Origin: Acidobacteriota bacterium
GTDB taxonomy: Bacteria; Acidobacteriota; Polarisedimenticolia; Gp22-AA2
NCBI GenBank assembly: GCA_003223135.1
Contig: QHXX01000018.1
Span: 65,904-129,903 of the forward strand
Length of the DNA stretch: 64,000 bases
Direction of reading: 5' to 3'
Of the stretch, positions 28,671 through 37,137 are shown piece after piece. How positions within the stretch are numbered: the stretch's first letter is position 1; every line of letters starts with the position of its first letter. The position numbers and the translations under genes are program-made. The notes under the pieces are model-generated. The model saw only the letters and a list, made by a program, of their open reading frames with translations. It had not been told where the DNA came from and made no database searches.

Positions 28671-30017
28671 TCAGCCCGAAATCTCTTCGAGTGTCCGGCC
28701 GCGGGTCTCCTCGCCGAGGACGGCGACTGACGCTGCGCCAGCAGCCAGAATGACGGAGAACATGATGAAGACGGCCGTGAAGCCGCCTCCCCAGTTGCCC
28801 ATCAGCTTGCCGACGGCGAGCGGGGCAAGGATACCGCCGATTCGGCCGAAGGCGGCGGCGAAACCGGTCCCGGTGCCGCGCAGCCAGGTGGGATAGAGCT
28901 CCGGTGTGTAGCCGTAGGTCACGCCCCAGGCCCCCAGGTTGAAGAACGACAGCAGGCATCCCCAGAGGAGGAGGTCGTGTTCCGTCCCGGCGCTGCCGAA
29001 GAAATACGACCCGAGGGCGCACAGGAGCATGAACGACGTGAGCGTCCTCTTGCGGCCGATCGTTTCGACGAGGTAGGCGGCGGCGAAGTAGCCGGGGATC
29101 TGCGCGAGGGTGATGATGAGCGTGAACTTGAACGACGTCGCGAGGGGAAATCCCCGGCCGGCCAGAAGAGTTGGAAGCCATGTGAAGATGCCGTAGTAAG
29201 AGTAGGCCATGGCGAACCAGAGGAGCCACAGCATCAGCGTTCGGCGGGCCAGACCCGCGCCGAAGAGGTCGCGCAGCCGCGCCCGGCGGGAAGTGGCCTC
29301 ATGCGAGTCGGGGGTCAGAGCCTCTCCCGGCGCGAGACCACTATCCTTCTCGATCGACCTGAGAACGGCCTCCGCCTGGTCCAGCCGGCCGCGAGACGCG
29401 AGGTAACGCGGCGACTCCGGGAGGGCCCGGCGCAGCACAAAAACGTAGAGCGCCGGGAGCGCCCCGACCAGGAACGAAGTTCGCCATGGGAAGGCGGACC
29501 CGGTCGACTCAGCCCGGCGGGCGAGGAACTCGGCGATGATCGCCGCTGCGGCCCAGCCGAACGCCCAGAACGACTCCAGCAGCACGACGAGGCGGCCGCG
29601 ATGCCTCGCGGGGGCAAACTCGCTCACCAGGGAGGCCGCGACCGGCAACTCTCCGCCCAGCCCCAACCCAACCAGAAAACGGATCAGCACCAGAGACGCG
29701 AGCCCTTGCGCCAAGGCACACAGGCCGGTGGAGACGCTGAAGATCAACAGGGTCATCTGGAAGATCGCCTTCCGGCCGAAGCGATCGGCGAGGCTCCCGG
29801 CCACCGCCCCGCCCAGGAACATCCCCGCCAGTCCGGCGCTGGTTGCGACCGCGATCTGATCGGGGCCCAGGTGCCACTCGATCTTCAGCCGTGCTACGAC
29901 GAACGACATGAGGCCGCTGTCCATCGAATCGAACAGCCAGCCGAGCCCGCTCAGAAGCAGGAGACGGTAATGAAAACCTGCCAGGGGAAGGCGGTCCAGC
30001 CTATCGGCGACCCGCAT
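28671..30017 (-). CDS. Major facilitator superfamily transporter
   Basis: 12 predicted TMs, MFS signature (ADRFGRK; RFLVGLGLGGELP). Start MRVADRL at 30017 avoids overlap with accD. Confidence 0.7.
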   Translation of the reverse strand: MRVADRLDRLPLAGFHYRLLLLSGLGWLFDSMDSGLMSFVVARLKIEWHLGPDQIAVATSAGLAGMFLGGAVAGSLADRFGRKAIFQMTLLIFSVSTGLCALAQGLASLVLIRFLVGLGLGGELPVAASLVSEFAPARHRGRLVVLLESFWAFGWAAAAIIAEFLARRAESTGSAFPWRTSFLVGALPALYVFVLRRALPESPRYLASRGRLDQAEAVLRSIEKDSGLAPGEALTPDSHEATSRRARLRDLFGAGLARRTLMLWLLWFAMAYSYYGIFTWLPTLLAGRGFPLATSFKFTLIITLAQIPGYFAAAYLVETIGRKRTLTSFMLLCALGSYFFGSAGTEHDLLLWGCLLSFFNLGAWGVTYGYTPELYPTWLRGTGTGFAAAFGRIGGILAPLAVGKLMGNWGGGFTAVFIMFSVILAAGAASVAVLGEETRGRTLEEISG

Positions 30018-30033
30018 GCGGGTGGGAGAGTGG

Positions 30034-31080
30034 CTAGCTGACTTCGGGCGAAGACGTGATCTTGTTGCGCGCGACCAGGGGGGACGGGAAGGGCAGCGGT
30101 TCACGCGTCCGTCCCGGCTGGCTGGAGGCGACGTTCTCCGAGCCGCTCGCGGCGGCGCCTGGGACCAGGTCCGAACCGGCCGTCGAGGACGGGGCGGCAG
30201 ACGTCGGGGCGAATGCGGCCAGGGCTTCGGCGTTCATCAGGAACTTGAGGCAGCGGATTAGAATGTCGCGCATCTCGCGCCGCTCGACGATGAAATCCAG
30301 CATACCGTGCTCCACGAGAAACTCGGAACGCTGGAACTCCTCGGGTAGCTTCTCCCGGATCGTCTGCTCGATGACCCGGGGGCCAGCGAAGCCGATGAGC
30401 GCCTTCGGTTCGGCAATGTTCAGGTCGCCGAGCATTGCGAACGAAGCGGTCACGCCCCCGGTTGTCGGATCGGTCAGGATCGAGATGTAGGGCACCCGTG
30501 CCTCGTGCAGCTTGCCGAGCGCGGCGCTGATCTTGGCCATCTGCATCAGCGACAGCACCCCTTCCTGCATGCGCGCTCCGCCGGAGCAGCAGATGATGAC
30601 GAGGGGAATCCGTTCATCCAGAGCACGCTCGATCGCCCGGGTGACCTTCTCGCCCACTGCCGAACCCATCGATCCACCCATGAAGCCGTATTCCATGACC
30701 GCCATCATGACCTGGAGGCCGCCGATGGTCCCCCGGGCGTTGATGATGGCATCGTTCAGGCCGGTCTTCTCCCTGTATTCCCGAAGTCGGTCCCGGTAGC
30801 TCTTCACGTCCCGGAACTTGAGAGAATCGACTGAGTAGATGTCGGTATCCACCTCCTGGTAACGGGCGTCGTCGAACAGGGCCGAGAGACGCTCGCGGGC
30901 CGAGATGCGGAAGTGGTAATTGCACTTCGGGCAGACGTTGGCGTTCCGGAGGACTTCCTTCTTATAGATGATTTCCTTGCAGCCGTTGCACTTGACCCAC
31001 AGTCCCTCGGGGACCTGGATCCGCTTGTGTTCGACCGGCTGTTTGGGCTTCCTGATCTTCTTAAACCACGCGATTTCCAT
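30034..31080 (-). CDS. accD: Acetyl-CoA carboxylase carboxyltransferase subunit beta
   Basis: N-terminal zinc ribbon (CNGCKEIIYKKEVLRNANVCPKCNYH), carboxyltransferase core (GGSMGSAVGEKV, GGARMQEG); Ala/Ser/Pro-rich C-terminal tail. Confidence 0.9.
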   Translation of the reverse strand: MEIAWFKKIRKPKQPVEHKRIQVPEGLWVKCNGCKEIIYKKEVLRNANVCPKCNYHFRISARERLSALFDDARYQEVDTDIYSVDSLKFRDVKSYRDRLREYREKTGLNDAIINARGTIGGLQVMMAVMEYGFMGGSMGSAVGEKVTRAIERALDERIPLVIICCSGGARMQEGVLSLMQMAKISAALGKLHEARVPYISILTDPTTGGVTASFAMLGDLNIAEPKALIGFAGPRVIEQTIREKLPEEFQRSEFLVEHGMLDFIVERREMRDILIRCLKFLMNAEALAAFAPTSAAPSSTAGSDLVPGAAASGSENVASSQPGRTREPLPFPSPLVARNKITSSPEVS

Positions 31081-31627
31081 CTCGTCCTATCCCTCGAGGC
31101 GGGGTCAACGGCCAGAGAGTGGCGAGGATCATATCGCCACCGGGAGGCACGGTCAAGAAAAGCCTTCCGGGACGGGTCAAAGTCCGGCCAGCCGGGCCGC
31201 ATCCGACTGCACAGACTCGCAACATGCCTCGGGCAATTCCGAACGACGGGTGGACACGTCTAGTAAAGCTATTGTTCTCATACACATAGTATATGCCATG
31301 AGCTCCCACTGACGAAAACCTGGGCAGTTGGTGTGCGAGAGCTGGTCACTCCGACGGGGGACTCGCAGAGCATCAGGCCGCACCGGACAAGATTGATCTG
31401 CCCTGATCATCCATCGCAATAATCAGGAAATGAGCTAGTTAGGAAATCATGAGCAGGCTTGTACAGGGGTGCCGGACGGGATGGCACCACCCTTGCTCTT
31501 ATTGAAGCGACCAGTCGTGAAGGCCAAACCACTCGCGAGGGTGGGACGGAAAGCCAACGGGTCTCTTGAAGACGGCCGGGTTGCCAGCTGGGCGGCTCAA
31601 ACCGCCCGCTGTCGGTCAGGAGGCGCC

Positions 31628-33631
31628 ATGTCGAGAGGGGCCCGATCAGACCGCAGCCAGGGAAATCGCCACGGGTTCTGGGGCCGCTTCGTCCGCGCCG
31701 CCACCAACGCCCTCGTCGCAGTCCTTTTTATCACGCTGTCATTCCCTTCCGCGTTCGCCGAGAAAGGGAAGAAGGCGGGAGTCGCCTCGGATCTGCGGGA
31801 AGAATTCCGGAGTGGGTCACCGTCCGACAGGGTCCGCCTGGTGGTGACCCTGAACGGCGCCGATCCAGTTTATGTCGCCAACAGGGTTTATGAACTGGGC
31901 GGCAAGGCTGGACGCCATCTCAAGAACGTCGACGAGATGGCTCTTGAGCTGCCGCTCGGGTCTGTGCCTGACTTGGCGGAAATCGAGGGACTCGAGTATA
32001 TCGCTCCTGATCGTCAAGTCACGGGTCTTGCGAGCCATATCGAGGTTACGACCGGTGCCAGTCAGGTCTATCCGGTGTCGGGCGGCACCCTCAGCACCCT
32101 TCTGTCACTGACCGGCCTCGACGGGTCGGGCGTCGCGGTAGCGATCCTGGACTCGGGAATCGACGCCGACCATTTCGACCTGAAGGACGACAAGGGCAGG
32201 CGCCATGTCGTCCTCTCGTCGGATTTCACGGGCCGCGGAGGCCTGGATGACCCGTACGGCCACGGAACCAACGTCGCCGGGCTCATCGCCGGCGACGGCA
32301 GCTCGGCGTCCACGATCGGGCGTGACTACACCGGTATCGCGCCGGGCGCGAACCTCATCAACTTCAAAGTCCTCGACGAGAATGGGCGGGGCTACGTCAG
32401 TAGCGTCGTAGCGGCCATCGACCAGGCGATCTCCCTCCGCTATTATTACAACATTAAGGTCATCAACCTCTCGCTCGCGGCCCCGCCGGTCGACTCGTAC
32501 GTCAACGATCCCATGTGCAAGGCTGTCGAGCGGGCGACCCGGGCCGGGATCGTGGTCGTGGCGGCGGCCGGAAACTTCGGCCAGGACTCGAACGGCAAGA
32601 AGGTCTATGGCGGCATCACCTCCCCCGGCATCTCGCCGTCGGCGATCACCGTCGGCGCGACGAACACACGTGGCACCGACGTCCGATCGGATGACACGGT
32701 GGCGCCCTACTCCTCCCGCGGCCCGACGCTGGCACACACGACCGACCCGGTGACCGGCCAGGTCACCTACGACAATCTGGTGAAGCCGGACCTGGTGGCG
32801 CCCGGAACCCGTCTTGTGTCGCTTGAGCGGTACGGCAATCTCCTGGTGAGCTACTACCCGGTCCTGCACGTCGACACCGGCAACAACGTCAACAACAAGA
32901 GCCGGTACATGATGTTGACCGGCACATCGATGGCGAGCGGCGTGGTCTCCGGCGCCGTGGCGCTCATGATGCAGGCGAACCCGGGCCTGACCCCCAACCA
33001 GGTGAAGGCGATCCTGATGTACTCCGCCCAGATCATGGACGGCGAGGGTCTGTTCGAGCAGGGCGCCGGAATGCTGAACATCGAGGGCGCAGTGCGACTG
33101 GCGAAGGCGGCCAACCGCTTCGCCTATGCCCTGCCCGCCGGCGCGAATTTGATGTCCCTTGGAGCGCTGCCGGCGCCGGCGCAGACGACCGTCGCAGGCG
33201 AGACCTTCGCCTGGAGCCAAGGCCTCATCTGGGGCATCGGCATGCTGCGCGGTGAAGCGATTCTCACGACGCAGCAGCTCGCCTACGCACAGTCGCTGAT
33301 CTGGGGCATCGGCAGGCTCGATTCGTGGGGCGTGGGCGTCACTTACTACGACGGCCTGTTCTCCGACTCCTACGTCGTGTTCGGCAAGGGCAACCAGTGG
33401 AACTATGTCTCCTGGACCGCCGGTACGCCGCAGTCGAGCGGCCTCATCTGGTCCGATCGCCTCTACGGCTCCGGTCTCATCTGGGCGAACCAGCTGATTT
33501 CGAACGATTTCTTCGACGTCTCGTCCACCAGCCTGATCTGGGGCATCCGCGGCTACGGCGGCTCTGACTTGAGCCTCATCTGGGGCCTGCAGGACGCCGG
33601 GCTCATCTGGGGGATCGCCAATGCCTGGTGA
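31628..33631 (+). CDS. Secreted subtilisin-like serine protease (peptidase S8) with C-terminal [GS]LIW-repeat region
   Basis: Signal peptide. Catalytic Asp (AILDSGIDADHFD), His (HGTNVAGLIAG), Asn (AAAGNFG), Ser (GTSMASGVVSGAVALM). C-terminal ~150 aa contain 7 copies of [GS]LIW(G). Confidence 0.8.
   Translation: MSRGARSDRSQGNRHGFWGRFVRAATNALVAVLFITLSFPSAFAEKGKKAGVASDLREEFRSGSPSDRVRLVVTLNGADPVYVANRVYELGGKAGRHLKNVDEMALELPLGSVPDLAEIEGLEYIAPDRQVTGLASHIEVTTGASQVYPVSGGTLSTLLSLTGLDGSGVAVAILDSGIDADHFDLKDDKGRRHVVLSSDFTGRGGLDDPYGHGTNVAGLIAGDGSSASTIGRDYTGIAPGANLINFKVLDENGRGYVSSVVAAIDQAISLRYYYNIKVINLSLAAPPVDSYVNDPMCKAVERATRAGIVVVAAAGNFGQDSNGKKVYGGITSPGISPSAITVGATNTRGTDVRSDDTVAPYSSRGPTLAHTTDPVTGQVTYDNLVKPDLVAPGTRLVSLERYGNLLVSYYPVLHVDTGNNVNNKSRYMMLTGTSMASGVVSGAVALMMQANPGLTPNQVKAILMYSAQIMDGEGLFEQGAGMLNIEGAVRLAKAANRFAYALPAGANLMSLGALPAPAQTTVAGETFAWSQGLIWGIGMLRGEAILTTQQLAYAQSLIWGIGRLDSWGVGVTYYDGLFSDSYVVFGKGNQWNYVSWTAGTPQSSGLIWSDRLYGSGLIWANQLISNDFFDVSSTSLIWGIRGYGGSDLSLIWGLQDAGLIWGIANAW
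33222..33618 (+). repeat. In-frame short coding repeat (ctcatctgggg-type, x7) encoding [GS]LIW motifs
   Basis: ggcctcatctggggcatcgg, tcgctgatctggggcatcgg, ggcctcatctggtcc, ggtctcatctgggcg, agcctgatctggggcatc, agcctcatctggggcctg, gggctcatctgggggatc. Confidence 0.7.
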
Positions 33632-33659
33632 CGCCATGGATCCCCGGAGAGACGCGGAC

Positions 33660-34373
33660 ATGAAAGGGAACGTGTTCATCGGTGCGGTGGCGGCAGTCGG
33701 GGCGGCGGTCCTGGGCCAGAGCCTCTATCACGTGGCCGCGGACGGATTCGAGGCGAAGCACCTGGCGTGGCTCGGGATCGCAGTCCTCACCCTCCTCGTC
33801 GGCCGGCTCTCCGTCAAGCTGCCGCTGCCGCACTGCCGGGTGTCGTTCGCGGACGCCTTTGTCTTTCTTTCGGTCATGGTGTTCGGCGGCGACCTGGCGA
33901 CCATGACGGCGGCTCTCGACGGTTTCGCGTCGTCCAGCCGGGGAAAGGGTACCTGGCACAAGAAGGTATTCAACACGGCCGCGATGGCGTTGTCCGTCAA
34001 CCTGGCGGCGCGCGTGTTCACCCGATTGGTTCCGCAGAATGGGCAGTGGGGCATGCACGTGACCCTCGTGGACCTGCTGTTGCCCGTGGCGGCGCTGGCC
34101 TTCACGCAGTACGTGCTCAACACGGCCCTGGTGTCCGGCGTCGTGGCGCTCAAGGAGCGCCAGTCGCTGGTGGCGATTTGGCAGGACTCCTCGCCCTGGG
34201 CCGGCACGGCGTACCTTGCCGGCTCGGTGGCGGCGGCAATCGTCTTCCTGGTCGTCCGGGAACTCGGAGTCGTGTCTGCTTTCGCAATCCTCCCGTTCCC
34301 GGCTATTCTGTACCTCACATACCGCGCCTGTCTGGACAGGCTTGTGAGGACGAAAGGGGGGATGACCCTCTAG
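33660..34373 (+). CDS. Polytopic integral membrane protein (6-7 TM), unknown function
   Basis: Hydrophobic helices throughout. N-terminus FIGAVAAVGAAVLGQS resembles the N-terminus of the downstream HD-GYP protein (LMAVAAAGAALLGTA). Confidence 0.45.
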   Translation: MKGNVFIGAVAAVGAAVLGQSLYHVAADGFEAKHLAWLGIAVLTLLVGRLSVKLPLPHCRVSFADAFVFLSVMVFGGDLATMTAALDGFASSSRGKGTWHKKVFNTAAMALSVNLAARVFTRLVPQNGQWGMHVTLVDLLLPVAALAFTQYVLNTALVSGVVALKERQSLVAIWQDSSPWAGTAYLAGSVAAAIVFLVVRELGVVSAFAILPFPAILYLTYRACLDRLVRTKGGMTL

Positions 34374-34422
34374 GCGAACCGTGTTGAGCTGATGAGCTGA
34401 CTCGCAGGCGACCCCTGCGGAT

Positions 34423-34458
34423 GCCGGCCCCGTTGGCAGCGGGGCCGGCGCTTTTTTT
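34423..34458 (+). terminator. Rho-independent terminator
   Basis: gccggccccg-ttggcag-cggggccggc hairpin (10-bp GC-rich stem) followed by gcttttttt. Confidence 0.7.
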
Positions 34459-34873
34459 GGTGGGGTGCGGCAGAGACCGCGCTCCATCGCGCGTGATGAA
34501 CTAGTCGCGTCGGAGTCGATGCGCGGAAATCGCACACGCGGGGCTCAGAGTGATGCGACCTGGACACGTCCGCAGCCGGACATCATCACTGGATCCAACA
34601 GTTGAAGAACCGTCGTCGGCCCGATGCCTGGATGTGTGTGAGGTTTGTACAGCGCGCCTCCAAATCTATTGACGGTGATCATCTTGAGCCGTCGCCACCT
34701 TTCTGGCGCCGAGGTCTAACCCTCGCTGTTCCTTCACTTGCAGGCGCCCCCCGGACGTGGTGGTGATCGGATTGGACGTGGCACGGCCGTTGCGAATAAA
34801 GGCGACAACGGCGGCGCTCTGTCCGGCTCGGCCGACAGTCACCCATCAGGGGAGCAAGAGTTTCAAGGAGACC

Positions 34874-37012
34874 ATGCGGATCAGCGGACCGGGAGGAAGG
34901 CTCTATCTCATGGCCGTCGCGGCGGCCGGCGCGGCCCTGCTGGGCACCGCGGCCGCGGCCCTGTCGCTCCTCCTGATCGGCCAGATCGGCCTCGTCTCCT
35001 GCGTGGTCGTTCCACCCATCCTGCTGCTCGCGGTCTTGGTCTACCGCTCGTACAAGAGCCAGGCTTCGGAAAACCTGAAGCGTCTGGATGACCTGATGCA
35101 GGTGCACCTGTCGACCATCGAGGCTCTGGCGCTCGCCATCGACGCCAAGGACCCGCACGCGCAGGGACACACGCGCCGGGTGCAGGCGTACGCACTCGAG
35201 CTGGCGCGGCGGCTGCGGGTCCCGCGTCAGGACTACGAAGCGGTGAGCGCGGGGGCGCTGCTGCACGACATCGGCAAGCTGGCGATCCCGGACCACCTGC
35301 TCAACAAGCCCGGCAAGCTCTCGGACATGGAGTACCAGAAAGTCAAGGCCCACCCGTCCGTGGCCGCCGACATCCTGGCGAACGTGCACTTCCCGTATCC
35401 GGTGCTGCCCGCGGTGCGACACCACCACGAGCGCTGGGACGGGTCGGGCTACCCCGACGGCCTGCGCGGAGAGGAGATCCCGCTCGCGGCCCGCATCCTC
35501 ACCGTGGCCGACTCGCTCGAGGCGCTGACCTCCGACCGGGCGTGGCGGGGACGGAAGTCACCCGAGGAGGCCTGCTCCCTCATCGAAGCGTGGTCGGGAA
35601 TCCAATTCGATCCGGCGGTGGTGACGGTGCTGCGGAAAAGCCTTTCCGAGGTGATCGGCGCGGTCAGCGCCGTTCCGGAGCCGCGCAGGAGCGATGCGGC
35701 GGACGCACGGGCGCGCCTCGAGGAGGCCCTGGCGCGTATCGATTCGACCGGAATCTGGAACGGCCCGCCCGCTTCGGACGAGGAGGATCCGGGCGGGTTT
35801 GGCGACAGTCTGCACCTCGGCATCGGCGCGGAGCGGGCGCCCGCTCCCCAGCAGGCTGGCGGCGTGCCGGGCGTCGCGTCCGCGTCGGAGACGGGGACGA
35901 GCGTCTGGCTGGAGCGGGACGCCAGCGGCGCCATCGTCGGGCGCCAGACTTCCGTCCTGGGCTCCATCTCCTCGGCGCATCGCGAGGTCTACGCGCTGTA
36001 CGAGATCGCGCAGACGCTCGGGTCATCGCTACGCCTGTCGGAGGTGCTGGATCTGGTCGCAGCGAAGATCGGCCAGCTCGTTCCTTACCGCACCTGCGTC
36101 ATTTACCTCCTGGAGGACGACCACGAGGCGCTGTCGGCGCGGTTCGCGTCCGGCGCCAACGTCGAGCACCTGCGCGGACGATCGCTGCAGGTGGGCGAGG
36201 GGATCACCGGGTGGGCGGCAAGCCAGAAGAGCAACCGTTTCTCCAGCAGCCCCGACCTCGACCTGTCGGGCACCGAAGTCGACCCCTCGGAGTACTCGAC
36301 GGTGGCGGCTTTCCCGCTCATCCAGGACGGCAAGGCGCTCGGAGTGATCACCCTCTATTTCCCGAAGGGTGTCCCGTGCCTGGACGATTACATCCGCATG
36401 ATGGACATCATCGCCAAGCTCGCGGCCGCGGCGGTCTTCAACGGCACGATGTTCGCGGAGACGCAGGAGTCGGCGCTGACGGACGTCCTGACCAACCTGC
36501 CGAACTCGCGTTACCTGCGACAGGCGTTCGAGCAGGAGAAGGTGCGCAGCCAGCAGGCCGGCCAGCCGATGGCGTTCCTGGAGGCCGACCTGGACGACTT
36601 CAAAACGATCAACGATCGATACGGCCACAATATCGGCGACCGCTACCTGTCCGAGATCAGCCGCGTCCTCAAGAGCCACCTGCGCGAGCGTGACATCCTC
36701 GTGCGTCTGTCGGGCGACGAGTTCGCCGCCCTTTTGCCGATGACCGGCTTCGCCCAGGCGGCCCTCCTGGCCGAGCGCCTGCAGCAGGCGGTCGACCTGT
36801 TCACGCTGCGCCTGGAGGAGGGAAAGGTGGCACGTTCGGGGCTGTCGATCGGCATCGCCCTCTATCCGGTGGACGGCGAGGGGTTCGAGGACCTCCTGGT
36901 GCGCGCCGACCACAACATGTATCAGAACAAGGCCGCCCGCAAGAACGCCCGCCTCGAGCGCGCCCCCAACATCCTTCCGTTCCCGATCAAGAGCCCGGGT
37001 AAGATCGGCTAG
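34874..37012 (+). CDS. Membrane-anchored HD-GYP - GAF - GGDEF(SGDEF) c-di-GMP signalling protein
   Basis: 2 N-terminal TMs. HD-GYP (HDIGKLAIPDHLLNKPGKL...HHERWDGSGYPDGL), GAF (EGITGWAASQ...LGVITLYFPK), GGDEF domain with degenerate A-site RLSGDEFAALLP and intact I-site RERD. Confidence 0.8.
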   Translation: MRISGPGGRLYLMAVAAAGAALLGTAAAALSLLLIGQIGLVSCVVVPPILLLAVLVYRSYKSQASENLKRLDDLMQVHLSTIEALALAIDAKDPHAQGHTRRVQAYALELARRLRVPRQDYEAVSAGALLHDIGKLAIPDHLLNKPGKLSDMEYQKVKAHPSVAADILANVHFPYPVLPAVRHHHERWDGSGYPDGLRGEEIPLAARILTVADSLEALTSDRAWRGRKSPEEACSLIEAWSGIQFDPAVVTVLRKSLSEVIGAVSAVPEPRRSDAADARARLEEALARIDSTGIWNGPPASDEEDPGGFGDSLHLGIGAERAPAPQQAGGVPGVASASETGTSVWLERDASGAIVGRQTSVLGSISSAHREVYALYEIAQTLGSSLRLSEVLDLVAAKIGQLVPYRTCVIYLLEDDHEALSARFASGANVEHLRGRSLQVGEGITGWAASQKSNRFSSSPDLDLSGTEVDPSEYSTVAAFPLIQDGKALGVITLYFPKGVPCLDDYIRMMDIIAKLAAAAVFNGTMFAETQESALTDVLTNLPNSRYLRQAFEQEKVRSQQAGQPMAFLEADLDDFKTINDRYGHNIGDRYLSEISRVLKSHLRERDILVRLSGDEFAALLPMTGFAQAALLAERLQQAVDLFTLRLEEGKVARSGLSIGIALYPVDGEGFEDLLVRADHNMYQNKAARKNARLERAPNILPFPIKSPGKIG

Positions 37013-37137
37013 CCGGCCATATCCGCGGTCCGCCGGCACCCCCGCCCCGCGGCGGCCCCCGCTTGCAGTCGTGCTACTCTCCACGTCCGGTCCGCTGCGC
37101 ATCTGGTTGATCCTGCGCGGCGTCCAAGGAGGCGTCG

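Noticed and set aside
33222-33618. Short direct DNA repeats considered as possible CRISPR or minisatellite
   Set aside because: Units are ~11 nt, imperfect, irregularly spaced and lie in-frame inside a protease gene encoding [GS]LIW. Not a repeat-spacer architecture.
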